NCBI GenBank assembly: GCA_963814275.1
Contig: CAWFCE010000002.1
Span: 234,537 to 298,536 of the forward strand
Source: Candidatus Parcubacteria bacterium
GTDB taxonomy: Bacteria > Patescibacteriota > Patescibacteriia > Patescibacteriales > UBA12075
Length of the DNA stretch: 64,000 nucleotides
Direction: 5' to 3'
A program made the position numbers and the translations under genes. A model generated the notes under the pieces. The model made no database searches and was not told where the DNA came from. It saw only the letters and a list, made by a program, of their open reading frames with translations. Shown here one piece after another: positions 18,919 to 27,341 of this stretch (the stretch's first letter is position 1; the number at the start of each line of letters is the position of its first letter).

Positions 18919-18994
18919 GGGGGAAAATGACAGTCGTCAGCGCCGGCCCACCAAGCCGGAGTCGCAGGAGTTTCGAGACCTGCTTCCCCCGCCA
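18919..18994 (+). ncRNA. atypical tRNA-like RNA (76 nt, Gly-like ACC anticodon position, encoded GCCA end)
   Basis: 7-bp acceptor GGGGGAA/TTCCCCC then G-CCA. 5-bp anticodon stem CCGGC/GCCGG with 7-nt loop CCACCAA. D arm reduced to TGAC-AGTC-GTCA (no GG). T arm GCAGG/CCTGC with a 10-nt loop AGTTTCGAGA. Confidence 0.5.
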
Positions 18995-19003
18995 AAAAAT
19001 CAT

Positions 19004-19035
19004 GAGAGCCTTTAACATTCGGCTCTCTTTTTTTT
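19004..19035 (+). terminator. rho-independent terminator after tRNA-like gene
   Basis: GAGAGCC-TTTAACATTC-GGCTCTC followed by TTTTTTTT. Confidence 0.7.
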
Positions 19036-19104
19036 GTCTAAATATCTTTGGGAAGCGGAGGATGGTTTATCCTCCGTTAGGGGGTTGGCGCCTTTGGCGT
19101 TCTG

Positions 19105-19281
19105 CTATTTCGGTTCCGGTTTTTCTTTGTTCTGGATCTCGAGTGCTTTGGCTTTCCAATCTTTGATCGTTTTGGCGATCCGGTACACGGTATCGGTCGA
19201 AGACTTGCCCCTTGACCGTATGGCCTGGTTGCGTGCGAAAATATTGTGCTGCCGCCAGCTGAAATAAGGTTTTGTCCTCAT
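19105..19281 (-). CDS. small basic hypothetical protein (58 aa)
   Basis: Not in the ORF track. AGGAGG (19293-19288) lies 6 nt before ATG 19281. Encodes MRTKPYFSWRQHNIFARNQAIRSRGKSSTDTVYRIAKTIKDWKAKALEIQNKEKPEPK. Preferred over the overlapping GTG-started 73-aa frame. Confidence 0.4.
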   Translation of the reverse strand: MRTKPYFSWRQHNIFARNQAIRSRGKSSTDTVYRIAKTIKDWKAKALEIQNKEKPEPK

Positions 19282-19406
19282 TCTGCACCTCCTTTGTTTA
19301 TTTGAATGTTGCGCTTCCCGGAGATATTTAATTATTATTTTGAATTGACAGTTAAATTATTATATGAAATATTAATATAATTTGCCAAGCATTTTATTAC
19401 TATTGA

Positions 19407-19871
19407 TTAACATTTTAGGCGTTTCCTAGCCTGTTCAATAAACTTGAAATCGCGGTTGTTCATCGCGATCTCATCCGGTTTTTTGCTCCTGACATTCGCG
19501 AACAGTTCAGCGGCCTCTTCAAAAGTCCGCCAGATCAGGTGGAAATTGTTGTCTTTTTCCTCGTTGGTAAAGTTCGTCGCCAGAAGGTCACGGGTTTTTT
19601 TGGCCAGGAAGCAGACCGAATGGTTGATCAGATCCGGGAATTCCGGGGTTTCGAACTGGGACTCGTCCAGACGGGCAATGATCTCGACATCGCAGGCCGC
19701 TTCCTCGCGCGCTTCCCGCCGGGCGGCTGCTTCCGGATTTTCGCCCTCCTCGATCTCGCCGCCGGGGATCTTATGGTAATCCCCGTCTTTAACTTCCAGG
19801 ACGGCGATCTTACCGCTGTTCCCGTCCAGCACGACAGTTCGCGCCGCCCTTCGGATTTTTTTATTGATCAT
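19407..19871 (-). CDS. NUDIX hydrolase
   Basis: Nudix box GGEIEEGENPEAAARREAREEAACDV. Confidence 0.8.
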   Translation of the reverse strand: MINKKIRRAARTVVLDGNSGKIAVLEVKDGDYHKIPGGEIEEGENPEAAARREAREEAACDVEIIARLDESQFETPEFPDLINHSVCFLAKKTRDLLATNFTNEEKDNNFHLIWRTFEEAAELFANVRSKKPDEIAMNNRDFKFIEQARKRLKC

Positions 19872-19887
19872 AAATAAAAATTGCTAA

Positions 19888-20142
19888 TTATTTTTTTGTC
19901 AGGTTTTCCAAATCGACCGCCAGATCATCGAAGCGGTTTTTCAATAAATGATTAGCGTCTGCCACGCCTTTGTTATAGAGGGCGGATCCGGCAGTCTGCA
20001 AAAACATATCCAGGATATTTTCGGCGGCGATGACCCCGACCTCCTCATCCCGCTCATTTTGGAAATATTCGATTATTGCCTCAATTGTCGATCTCCTTTT
20101 TTCATCAGGCAATAAATCGTTTTGGCGTTTGCTTTCTTTCAT
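19888..20142 (-). CDS. DUF2164-like small protein
   Basis: IEAIIEYFQNERDEEVGVIAAENILDMFLQTAGSALYNKGVADA resembles the DUF2164 family pattern as I recall it. Confidence 0.55.
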   Translation of the reverse strand: MKESKRQNDLLPDEKRRSTIEAIIEYFQNERDEEVGVIAAENILDMFLQTAGSALYNKGVADANHLLKNRFDDLAVDLENLTKK

Positions 20143-20189
20143 ATTGCGTAGTTAACTTTAAATTGATTTTTCCCTAGAGGCACACTGCG

Positions 20190-20522
20190 CTAAACCTGGT
20201 TTTTAGCCAGATTGATGATCGTCAATACCAGACCGACCACAAAGATCGCCGTAAAAATAGTTTTGTTGTGTTTGGCCAGCCACCGGGGCAGATAAATATC
20301 GAAATTGGGATTCCGGTCAGCCGTATATTTGGCTGCCAGCGGCGTCAGCGGGCAGGTCCATTTGTTCCAGACCAATACCACTGACTCCAGTATGACCAGA
20401 ATGATCGAGGCCAGGACTAGCGCGTTGAAAGTGCCGGCCAGCCCGGCATAGAGGACATAAATGACAGCCGAGGCCATCACGGCCCAGACAGCGGTATGGA
20501 TAAGTTTAATTGCTTTGATCAT
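20190..20522 (-). CDS. small membrane protein (DUF2784-like)
   Basis: Three predicted TM segments with a conserved-looking WTCPLTPLAAKY motif. Confidence 0.5.
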   Translation of the reverse strand: MIKAIKLIHTAVWAVMASAVIYVLYAGLAGTFNALVLASIILVILESVVLVWNKWTCPLTPLAAKYTADRNPNFDIYLPRWLAKHNKTIFTAIFVVGLVLTIINLAKNQV

Positions 20523-20642
20523 AAATGGACTGTTGCGCGGTTCTTATAATATTATAAGAACATTGGACGATATTCAATTTATGTGATAATGTATAATTTC
20601 TTTAAATTAATAATATCATAAATACAAAAGGAGGAAATCACG

Positions 20643-20942
20643 ATGAAACGTATAAAAGTATTGGTAGCGATTGTTTTGGTTCTCGTGTCCTTGTTTCCGA
20701 TGATGGTTGTCTATGCCGGGAACTTTGCGTACAAAGATTTTAAACGGGGAGATTTCATCGAACTCACGGACGGGAAGTTCTATTGGGTGCAGGACAAGCT
20801 TGACGAACAGAACATAGACGTCAGGCAGTATCAAATTTTTTGGAAAAGTTTTACCTGGAAAGAACTTAAAAAGGAGTTGAAAGCGATTTACAAGCCCGGC
20901 ACTAATGGATGGTGCGAAATGTCGCAAGAGTATTTGAAATAA
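20643..20942 (+). CDS. small secreted protein
   Basis: AAAGGAGG RBS. Signal-peptide-like N-terminus MKRIKVLVAIVLVLVSLFPMMVVYA. Confidence 0.6.
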   Translation: MKRIKVLVAIVLVLVSLFPMMVVYAGNFAYKDFKRGDFIELTDGKFYWVQDKLDEQNIDVRQYQIFWKSFTWKELKKELKAIYKPGTNGWCEMSQEYLK

Positions 20943-20986
20943 ACACGTTCCTGACCGCATATCAGAGGAAGCCAGCCCCAGCTGAT

Positions 20987-21346
20987 TTATCTGCCGGGGC
21001 TTTTTATTTGCCAATTGGCTGTCAGGGTCAGCGCAGTTGGCGGCAACAGTAGAATGGTAAAGCCGATCACTACCGGCATATAGTAGTCGAAGAGCAGCGT
21101 GCCGGCAAGCGCCGTGATTATGGCCGCGATCAAACCGTAAACAAGATTATATTTCGTTTTCTGTAATTTTTTTACGATCATTATCGCAAGCAGACTACCG
21201 AGTGAGATTCCCAAAATACCGAAAAAGGCGCCGCCGGCTTCGTAGCCGACGTTGCCGCCGAATTCGAAAAAGCCGTAATTACCACCGATATAGGAGCCCG
21301 CTACAAGGCCGAAGATCCCAAACAGCATGCCGCCCAGGAGGCTCAC
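20987..21346 (-). CDS. glycine-zipper membrane protein
   Basis: Gly-rich TM segments (GGMLFGIFGLVAGSYIGGNYG...GAFFGILGISLGS). Start uncertain (GTG). Confidence 0.5.
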   Translation of the reverse strand: MSLLGGMLFGIFGLVAGSYIGGNYGFFEFGGNVGYEAGGAFFGILGISLGSLLAIMIVKKLQKTKYNLVYGLIAAIITALAGTLLFDYYMPVVIGFTILLLPPTALTLTANWQIKSPGR

Positions 21347-21449
21347 AATAAATTGAATGAATATTGTTATTCAAAAATAAATTTATGGAAAATAAATATT
21401 TTCAGGAAGCGGGAAAGCCGGATGAGGCTTTCCCGGATTTTACGAAGAG

Positions 21450-21668
21450 CTAAGCCAGCGCGACCATCAGAAGGGCGTCCGCAAATTTTTCAATGGTACC
21501 CCATTCTTTGCCTGTGAAGCTGGCTAATCCCGGTTCACATTCATACCTGGTTTCGGGATAAATATGCCTTTCCCTTTGTTCATGTATGAACATGACTGTT
21601 ACGTCTGACGGGTTTATCCCCATGTCTTGTGCAATAGCATCGGTAAAAATTTTTTCCAAATTTGGCAT
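21450..21668 (-). CDS. hypothetical small protein
   Basis: AGGAGG RBS 6 nt upstream of ATG. 72 aa. 17 nt downstream of the RHH-like gene. Confidence 0.5.
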   Translation of the reverse strand: MPNLEKIFTDAIAQDMGINPSDVTVMFIHEQRERHIYPETRYECEPGLASFTGKEWGTIEKFADALLMVALA

Positions 21669-21685
21669 TTATGACCTCCTTTGTA

Positions 21686-21883
21686 TCATTTCTTTTTTTC
21701 GAACAATCTCCTTCTTTGCGTTTCACGAATTTCTTTTTGCGCCACTGCGGGCAGAATCTTGATTAATTGGTGCGCGAGCTCTCCGGATGATTCGCCGGAT
21801 TCTATACGCTGGTCGCGGCGCCTGTAGATATCTGCTATGCTAAGATTAATTCTGACCGGCGGAAAAAATTTATTTCGAGTCAT
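21686..21883 (-). CDS. ribbon-helix-helix-like small protein
   Basis: AAGGAGG RBS. VRINLSIADIYRRRDQRIESGESSGELAHQLIKIL fits a strand-helix-helix (CopG/Arc-like) layout. Confidence 0.4.
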   Translation of the reverse strand: MTRNKFFPPVRINLSIADIYRRRDQRIESGESSGELAHQLIKILPAVAQKEIRETQRRRLFEKKK

Positions 21884-22043
21884 TTGATCCTCCTTATGGT
21901 TTTGTAATTGGCTTCCTGAAAATATTCATTTCTTATGCGGCAACTCTAATTACCCACTACCGGATTTTATTCTTATTAGTGCGATTGGTTTTTATCGGGC
22001 GGCAAAATATTTTTAGAGGGGAGGCATTAAATGTTAATGCCGA

Positions 22044-22271
22044 TTAAGTTACAGATTTTAACAAAAGATCATGGGTATGCCAGGCCGCCATATCTTTGGC
22101 GCAGGCAACGATAAGCGCGATGGCGAAGTAGGCGGTGAAAAACCAGTCACCGATGATGAAGAAAACGATCGTCAGCATGAGTATATCGAAGAAAACAGAA
22201 GTTATTACCTGGGCGTCGGTCTTGTGCGCTTCCCGCATTTCCTGTTCGAAATATTGGTTGATCGGATCCAT
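22044..22271 (-). CDS. small membrane protein
   Basis: GGAGGGAAGGAGG upstream of ATG 22271, with two TM segments. The longer upstream extension in the track is unlikely. Confidence 0.5.
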   Translation of the reverse strand: MDPINQYFEQEMREAHKTDAQVITSVFFDILMLTIVFFIIGDWFFTAYFAIALIVACAKDMAAWHTHDLLLKSVT

Positions 22272-22424
22272 AGCACCTCCTTCCCTCCCCCTCTGAAAAT
22301 ATTTTGTCAAAGATGGAATGCCGGGAGCGGATTCTGAGCTCCCGGCAATCAATTAAAAGTTCGTTGTTAGGAATGTCGAATGTACGTTTGACTGTTTCTG
22401 TGCATCCGGCCAGATCACCAGTCG

Positions 22425-22874
22425 CTATGGCGAGATACGCTTGATCGTGCGGTCTTGGCGGTTGAGCTCCCAGGCTTCGCTTTTTTCGACAGCATGACAG
22501 TAGCCGTCAATGCCGAATTCCGTCAGATAATTGTCCGTTAGATATTCGGTGTATTCCAGATGGGTGACTACAATGACGGCATCAGTCTTGCTGGCTACGG
22601 CATCGATCAGTATTTGGGATTCTTCCAGGTTTCCCCCGTGCCCTTTGTCGTTCCAGAGCGCCTCATGCTCTTCGACCGGACATTTAAGTACATTGCCGAT
22701 TGCCCTGGCGCTGTCCGCCGCGCGCGGCGCCGACGAGGCCAATATCTTGACCGAGGCGCCGTTCAGTCTGGAGTGGATCTTCCCGGCCAGAATAGTCATT
22801 TGTTCCCACCCGTCAGGCGTAAGCATGCGGGCTGAATCATAGGGACCGTGCCTTACAATGTACAGTTTATCCAT
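22425..22874 (-). CDS. histidine phosphatase family protein (SixA/PGAM-like)
   Basis: N-terminal LYIVRHGP (RHG motif) and a later VVTHLEY His motif. Confidence 0.75.
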   Translation of the reverse strand: MDKLYIVRHGPYDSARMLTPDGWEQMTILAGKIHSRLNGASVKILASSAPRAADSARAIGNVLKCPVEEHEALWNDKGHGGNLEESQILIDAVASKTDAVIVVTHLEYTEYLTDNYLTEFGIDGYCHAVEKSEAWELNRQDRTIKRISP

Positions 22875-22933
22875 TTCTTCCTCCTTCGGTCTTATTTTCC
22901 TGTTTTCTATTTAGCGATTTTTTACACCCAGTT

Positions 22934-23119
22934 TCAGACCAAAAAGCCATTCCCGATGCCGAATTTCCGGCACCATTCCAGATATTTCCTGTTGAGCGGA
23001 TGCGGCGAAGGCGGCACTTTGATCATGTTGTCTTTGCAGCGCAATCCTCTCGGCAGGGCTTTTTTCATTTCTTCGGTTACCCCGGTAATGATAGTGTGTC
23101 TTTCCCATTTGATTGCCAT
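22934..23119 (-). CDS. hypothetical small protein
   Basis: AAAGGAGG RBS upstream of ATG 23119. 61 aa. Confidence 0.45.
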   Translation of the reverse strand: MAIKWERHTIITGVTEEMKKALPRGLRCKDNMIKVPPSPHPLNRKYLEWCRKFGIGNGFLV

Positions 23120-23213
23120 CGATGTGCACCTCCTTTACTGTTTTTATTATTACGGACATTTAATCAATCGATAAAATGTTTATGGGTAGGGTGAGGAGTG
23201 CCGTTTTTCCCGA

Positions 23214-23492
23214 CTAAAGGCCAAGCGCTGAATGGTATTCGATGCGTTCCCAGGTTCTGGGATTGGCTTTTGCCTGATCTTTACTTAGGTTATAAAGAAT
23301 CATCGTTCCGTGGCAATTTTTTGTTTTGCATCCGATGTGATCGGCATCGCGCATTTCATCATGCCAGAAAATCCGCGCCAGGCCGCAATCTGGGCATATA
23401 TAAACCAGGAGTCTTTCCCAGTCTTTGATCTTTCCATTTTGATAGACAAGTCCGTACCGCACAACCCTTAAGAGAAAATTATTTCCGTGCAT
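23214..23492 (-). CDS. hypothetical Cys/His-containing protein
   Basis: AAGGAGGG RBS. CPDC...HIGCKTKNCH suggests a zinc site. Confidence 0.5.
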   Translation of the reverse strand: MHGNNFLLRVVRYGLVYQNGKIKDWERLLVYICPDCGLARIFWHDEMRDADHIGCKTKNCHGTMILYNLSKDQAKANPRTWERIEYHSALGL

Positions 23493-23701
23493 ATTCCCTC
23501 CTTTTCCCGCATAACGGCAATCTTTTGTATTATAGAATGCTTTTGCTTTTTGTTTCGTCGTCTTGAGCGAAGCGGAAGGCCACTTATCACGTCTCGCTCC
23601 GTTCGAAATGGCAAAAATAACGAGGCAATTATTATGTGTTAATGTTTTTGGTCTTGGGCATGATTTTGACGGGGTGTCCGCTCGGTTTTTTCATACAAAA
23701 A

Positions 23702-24049
23702 TTATTCCATCACTTCGATCTTGTTCCCGTCAGGGTCGGCCAGCGCGAATGTTTTGCCCCAGCTTGCCTCCTGTAGGCCCTTGGTTATCGTGGCTTTTTT
23801 GTCCAGTAACGCTTGATATATTTTCTCGATATTTTCGGTTTTTAAAATCACGGTTTGCCGGCCGGGAACTTTTTCCGGTGTGTTTGCCATGTTAACGGCC
23901 AGACAAGTGCGGTCATTTACATTAGCCTTGAAGGCGACGTAATTCCCCTGGTCGCTCACCAAAGTGAAGCCCAGGGTTTCCAGATAGAACTTTTTGGACT
24001 CCTCAATGTCTTTGGTATAGAAAATTACGGCATAGAGAGAATTGAACAT
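23702..24049 (-). CDS. VOC (glyoxalase/bleomycin-resistance) family protein
   Basis: 115 aa. FYTKDIEESKKFYLETLGF...ALADPDGNKIEV is a typical VOC fold signature. Confidence 0.8.
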   Translation of the reverse strand: MFNSLYAVIFYTKDIEESKKFYLETLGFTLVSDQGNYVAFKANVNDRTCLAVNMANTPEKVPGRQTVILKTENIEKIYQALLDKKATITKGLQEASWGKTFALADPDGNKIEVME

Positions 24050-24075
24050 AGGTAATTTAAATAAAAAGCAAGTTA

Positions 24076-24549
24076 TTACAAATCGACTTCCAAAGTCAGG
24101 GCATAGTCTTTGAAATGGTTTTTTCGATAAAATTTGATGGCTAATTCATTCTGGGCAGAGGCTTCAACCTTTACCTTGCCGACTTTCTTTTCCCTGCACC
24201 AGACAAGAAATTCGTCGTAAAGTTGTTTGCCTATCCCCTTCGACCGGTAATCCTCCTGGACGAAAGTGTTTTCCAGTTCGGCCACAAGCGGTAGTTTCCG
24301 GTAAACCTCTGCCTTGGTTAATCCGCCGCAAAGGTAACCGACGATTTCGTTATCGGCCAGGGCGACCAGAACGCAGCCGTCATCCTTGGCGATCCTGTTT
24401 TGGAAGTATCCGGTTCCAGCCTCACCGAAAGTCCAGCCCAGGTCCAGTAATGGGTCATATTCTTTGTATTCTTTCTCGAATAGCTTGAAGTTCAATTCCT
24501 GGATCTTTTGCAGGTCATTTAGGTCCGCTGTTTTGATCGTAATATTCAT
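24076..24549 (-). CDS. GNAT family N-acetyltransferase
   Basis: FVQEDYRSKGIGKQLYDEFLVWCREKK acetyl-CoA motif. Confidence 0.85.
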   Translation of the reverse strand: MNITIKTADLNDLQKIQELNFKLFEKEYKEYDPLLDLGWTFGEAGTGYFQNRIAKDDGCVLVALADNEIVGYLCGGLTKAEVYRKLPLVAELENTFVQEDYRSKGIGKQLYDEFLVWCREKKVGKVKVEASAQNELAIKFYRKNHFKDYALTLEVDL

Positions 24550-24563
24550 ACTTGCTTTTTGTT

Positions 24564-24866
24564 TTAGAGTTTAACTAATAAGCCAGAGATAATAAGATAT
24601 TGCGCGAGTTCTAATCCGATAGAAAACATAAATGCGGTTAAAAAATCATAGCCCAGAAATTTCATTATCACCATTAAATTGATTATAGCGGCAAATAAAG
24701 CCCCCAGTATGCCCAGCATTTTGCCAAGAGTGCTGACAATAACCAAAACAAGCGCGAGCAAAGAAATTCTTTTTATTTTATCGTTAATGCCATGGTCAAA
24801 TAAGGTAACCAATAACCAAAGACTGATAAAAGAGATAAGAAACGAAATAATAAACGGCACAATCAT
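24564..24866 (-). CDS. small membrane protein
   Basis: 100 aa, three hydrophobic segments. Confidence 0.5.
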   Translation of the reverse strand: MIVPFIISFLISFISLWLLVTLFDHGINDKIKRISLLALVLVIVSTLGKMLGILGALFAAIINLMVIMKFLGYDFLTAFMFSIGLELAQYLIISGLLVKL

Positions 24867-25035
24867 TTAATAAGAAATTATGAATCAAATATGTATACAT
24901 AATATCGCCTGGGATATCGGCGTATTTGATATTTCATTACAGCTGCAACTCGCCAAAGCGGAAACTGAACTCAGAAGTGTGAGCGTTAAGAATAACATTA
25001 CATTTTTTCTGACTATTTATAGTCGCCTTTCAGGG

Positions 25036-25599
25036 CTAGCTAGCGTCTGCGTCCTGGTCTGCGTCATTATTACAATATTTTAAATAAGTATCGATTGCAC
25101 TGTCAATGATATTAATGTTTTTTATCGTTTTACTTTTTGGGTTTTTCGCATATTCTTTTATCCAAACCAATGAATCGTGCGCAGATTCTGCTATTAGATC
25201 CGAAGTTGTCAATAAAAATGGACTTATCCAATCGGATATCATGATGCCGTTAAATACAACGTTAGAACGTCGGTGATGCGTGTTCTTCGGAAGGATCGTA
25301 ACCACTGGTCGTGAAAAATATTTTGCCACTATAATTTCTTGTGCAGTACCTGCACCGATACCAGTACCGATTTCTTTCTCCGCGTTAACGATTACAAGGT
25401 CCGAGGTTTTGACAAGATTAGCAGCATGACCAAAAAGCAAGAATGGTTTTGTGTCATCTTTCCAGGTATCACCATCCATAAAATCAACATTACTAAGTTG
25501 AGAAAAAATTTCTTTATAATGCGTTTTCCAGTCGTCCCATTTATTTCTGTTATCATCGCCCTTGGGAACGGATCCGGCTAAAAATATTTTGAACAGCAT
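25036..25599 (-). CDS. nucleoside 2-deoxyribosyltransferase-like / YtoQ-like protein
   Basis: MLFKIFLAGSVPKG...SDLVIVNAEKEIGTGIGAGTAQEIIVAKYFSRPVV resembles the NDT-like flavodoxin fold. ATG 25599 preferred over TTG 25641. Confidence 0.5.
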   Translation of the reverse strand: MLFKIFLAGSVPKGDDNRNKWDDWKTHYKEIFSQLSNVDFMDGDTWKDDTKPFLLFGHAANLVKTSDLVIVNAEKEIGTGIGAGTAQEIIVAKYFSRPVVTILPKNTHHRRSNVVFNGIMISDWISPFLLTTSDLIAESAHDSLVWIKEYAKNPKSKTIKNINIIDSAIDTYLKYCNNDADQDADAS

Positions 25600-26126
25600 A
25601 GTAACAGAATGCCTAAAATTAATTCCGAATATGAGTAGCAAATTTAAATTATAAGTTATATCTGGACTTAACGAGTTCCTACTTTAATCCTAGCTCAATA
25701 ATATGTATAAGGCAAGGCGGACAGACAAGAATAATAGGGTAAATATTGGTATTTGGGACGCTTGCCAAATCCGTAAAACTACATTATTATAATATTATTG
25801 TTAGATAGTGAATTTTCGGTAGTTTGTTTGAAAAATAAGAATACGAATTGGCACAAACTGGAGACGAATGATCACCAACGATTTTAACTAGTGTATACAT
25901 TATATATACAAGCAAAATCCCCTGCTTGCTCGTGAATATAAGGACTGGTCTTAAACAATTTATAAAGAAAATCTAAAGAAGATTTAAAGATGTTATAAAG
26001 CCGGAAAGATTCCGGCGTAGTTTTTGTTTACACGTTAAATATAGTATTATAGAACTATAGTAATATAGTACTATATATATTGTATAGCGGATCCATGAAC
26101 CCCGGGAAGAGGCAGCGTGAGTATTC

Positions 26127-26199
26127 GCCCCTGTAGTTCAGCCGGATAGAACGGGGGTTTCCTAAACCCTAAATAGAGGTTCGAGTCCTCTCGGGGGCA
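26127..26199 (+). tRNA. tRNA-Arg (anticodon CCT)
   Basis: Manual cloverleaf: acceptor GCCCCTG/CGGGGGC, D arm GTTC..GAAC, anticodon loop TTCCTAA, T arm AGAGG-TTCGAGT-CCTCT. Confidence 0.9.
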
Positions 26200-26475
26200 C
26201 TAGTTTGGTTATAAAGTTGAAAGTAAAAAGTTGTAAAGACGGAATGGTCATTTGGACCAATATTAGGCTGATTCATAATTTTATTTGGCTAATATTAAGT
26301 AAATTATAGCATTTGGTTAGTATTTAATGAAAATTTAAAATTTTTGGTTTGATAATAGATAGAAGATAATAGATAACATCTAAATTTCCTTTCTGATGAA
26401 ATGAGGTACTGGATCCTTTCGTCATTGTGGGGGTCCAGGATGAGGAAACAGCGATGTTCTATTTAGAACGTTCTT

Positions 26476-26550
26476 CTACTCGACTTCAGTCGAGGTTTGG
26501 GTGGGTTTATCTGCATACGATTATATCAGGCTAAAGCCTGGCGAACCTTC
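26476..26550 (+). repeat. hairpin-module intergenic repeat, copy A
   Basis: CTACTCGACTTCAGTCGAGG..TTTATCTGCATAC..CAGGCTAAAGCCTGG..AACCTTC aligns with 52351-52429. Contains hairpins CTCGACT/AGTCGAG and CAGGCT/AGCCTG. Confidence 0.7.
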
Positions 26551-26627
26551 GGCCCTGCCTGCCGGCAGGCAGGAAAAGACAAGTGGAAAAATCGAAAATT
26601 GGAAAATCACCATTCGAAAATTAAATT

Positions 26628-26701
<74 letters not shown>

Positions 26702-26702
26702 C

Positions 26703-26741
26703 ATTATATAATTCCACTGTCGCACAGTGGAATTATATAAT
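26703..26741. other. perfect 17-bp hairpin immediately after tRNA-Ala
   Basis: ATTATATAATTCCACTG-TCGCA-CAGTGGAATTATATAAT. No T-run follows. Confidence 0.6.
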
Positions 26742-26778
26742 GCTGATGATAATGGCGATTTGAATTTTAGCTTGTTGT

Positions 26779-26814
26779 GGGGCTTCCGCCCCTTCGAATC
26801 CATTATAGTCCGCA
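26779..26814 (+). pseudogene. degenerate tRNA 3'-half fragment (resembles tRNA-Ala T arm/acceptor)
   Basis: GGGGCTTCCGCCCCTTCGAATCCATTATAGTCCGCA compared with the tRNA-Ala 3' end AAGGGTTCGAATCCCTTATGGTCCACA. Confidence 0.4.
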
Positions 26815-27341
26815 TAAACATATAATTTAGATAAGGTAGAAGTTCCAGGTGGAACAAAATAGATCAGAAATACATTTACATAAATATCTGGAATTCCGAT
26901 GGCTCGGAAATGACAGATTAAAATAGAAATAAAACAGGACTCACAAACAGGGGAATAAGGCATGGCTATTTAAGTCCACAAAAATGTGGACTTAAAATAT
27001 TTTGTATTGGGGAAAAGTCTAGATTTTTGTAGACAAAAAGCCATTTTTAATTTAATATTAGCAAAAATAAGTCTAGTGGATAAATAGGGGAAAAGTGGGT
27101 ATAAATTAGGGTGAAATTGGATATTAATATATTAGCAAAGGGGTCATATTACACCTATTTCAAGTTAGGTGGTAAATTTTCAATAATCCAATAATCCAAA
27201 TTGATTATTGCCCGGCTGTTTTAGGCCAGAATAGTCTATAAAATTTTGATATTGAAAATTAGTTATTGATTGGATAATTGGGTTATTGAAAATTGAAAAT
27301 TAGTAATCTGACGTTGTATAAAAAAATAATAAGACATTATT

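Noticed and set aside
18909-19267. Plus-strand ORFs 18909-19166 and 19034-19267.
   Set aside because: They run straight through the tRNA-like cloverleaf and its terminator, and they lack an RBS.
19067-19288. 73-aa minus-strand ORF from the track (MQNEDKT..., Q/R/E-rich).
   Set aside because: Its GTG start abuts the AGGAGG with no spacer. The overlapping ATG frame at 19281 has ideal 6-nt spacing and a less biased composition, so the 58-aa frame is reported instead, still at low confidence.
20616-21014. 132-aa minus-strand ORF overlapping the 20643-20942 gene.
   Set aside because: The plus-strand gene has a strong RBS and a signal peptide. The minus frame has neither and overlaps two other calls.
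27060-27130. Possible iteron or DnaA-box cluster (GTGGATAAA, GTGGGTATAAA, GGGTGAAAT, TGGATATTAAT).
   Set aside because: The spacing is irregular and the similarity is driven by AT-rich composition. There is no adjacent replication gene. It is noted only as part of the repeat-rich tRNA-Ala/trxB spacer.
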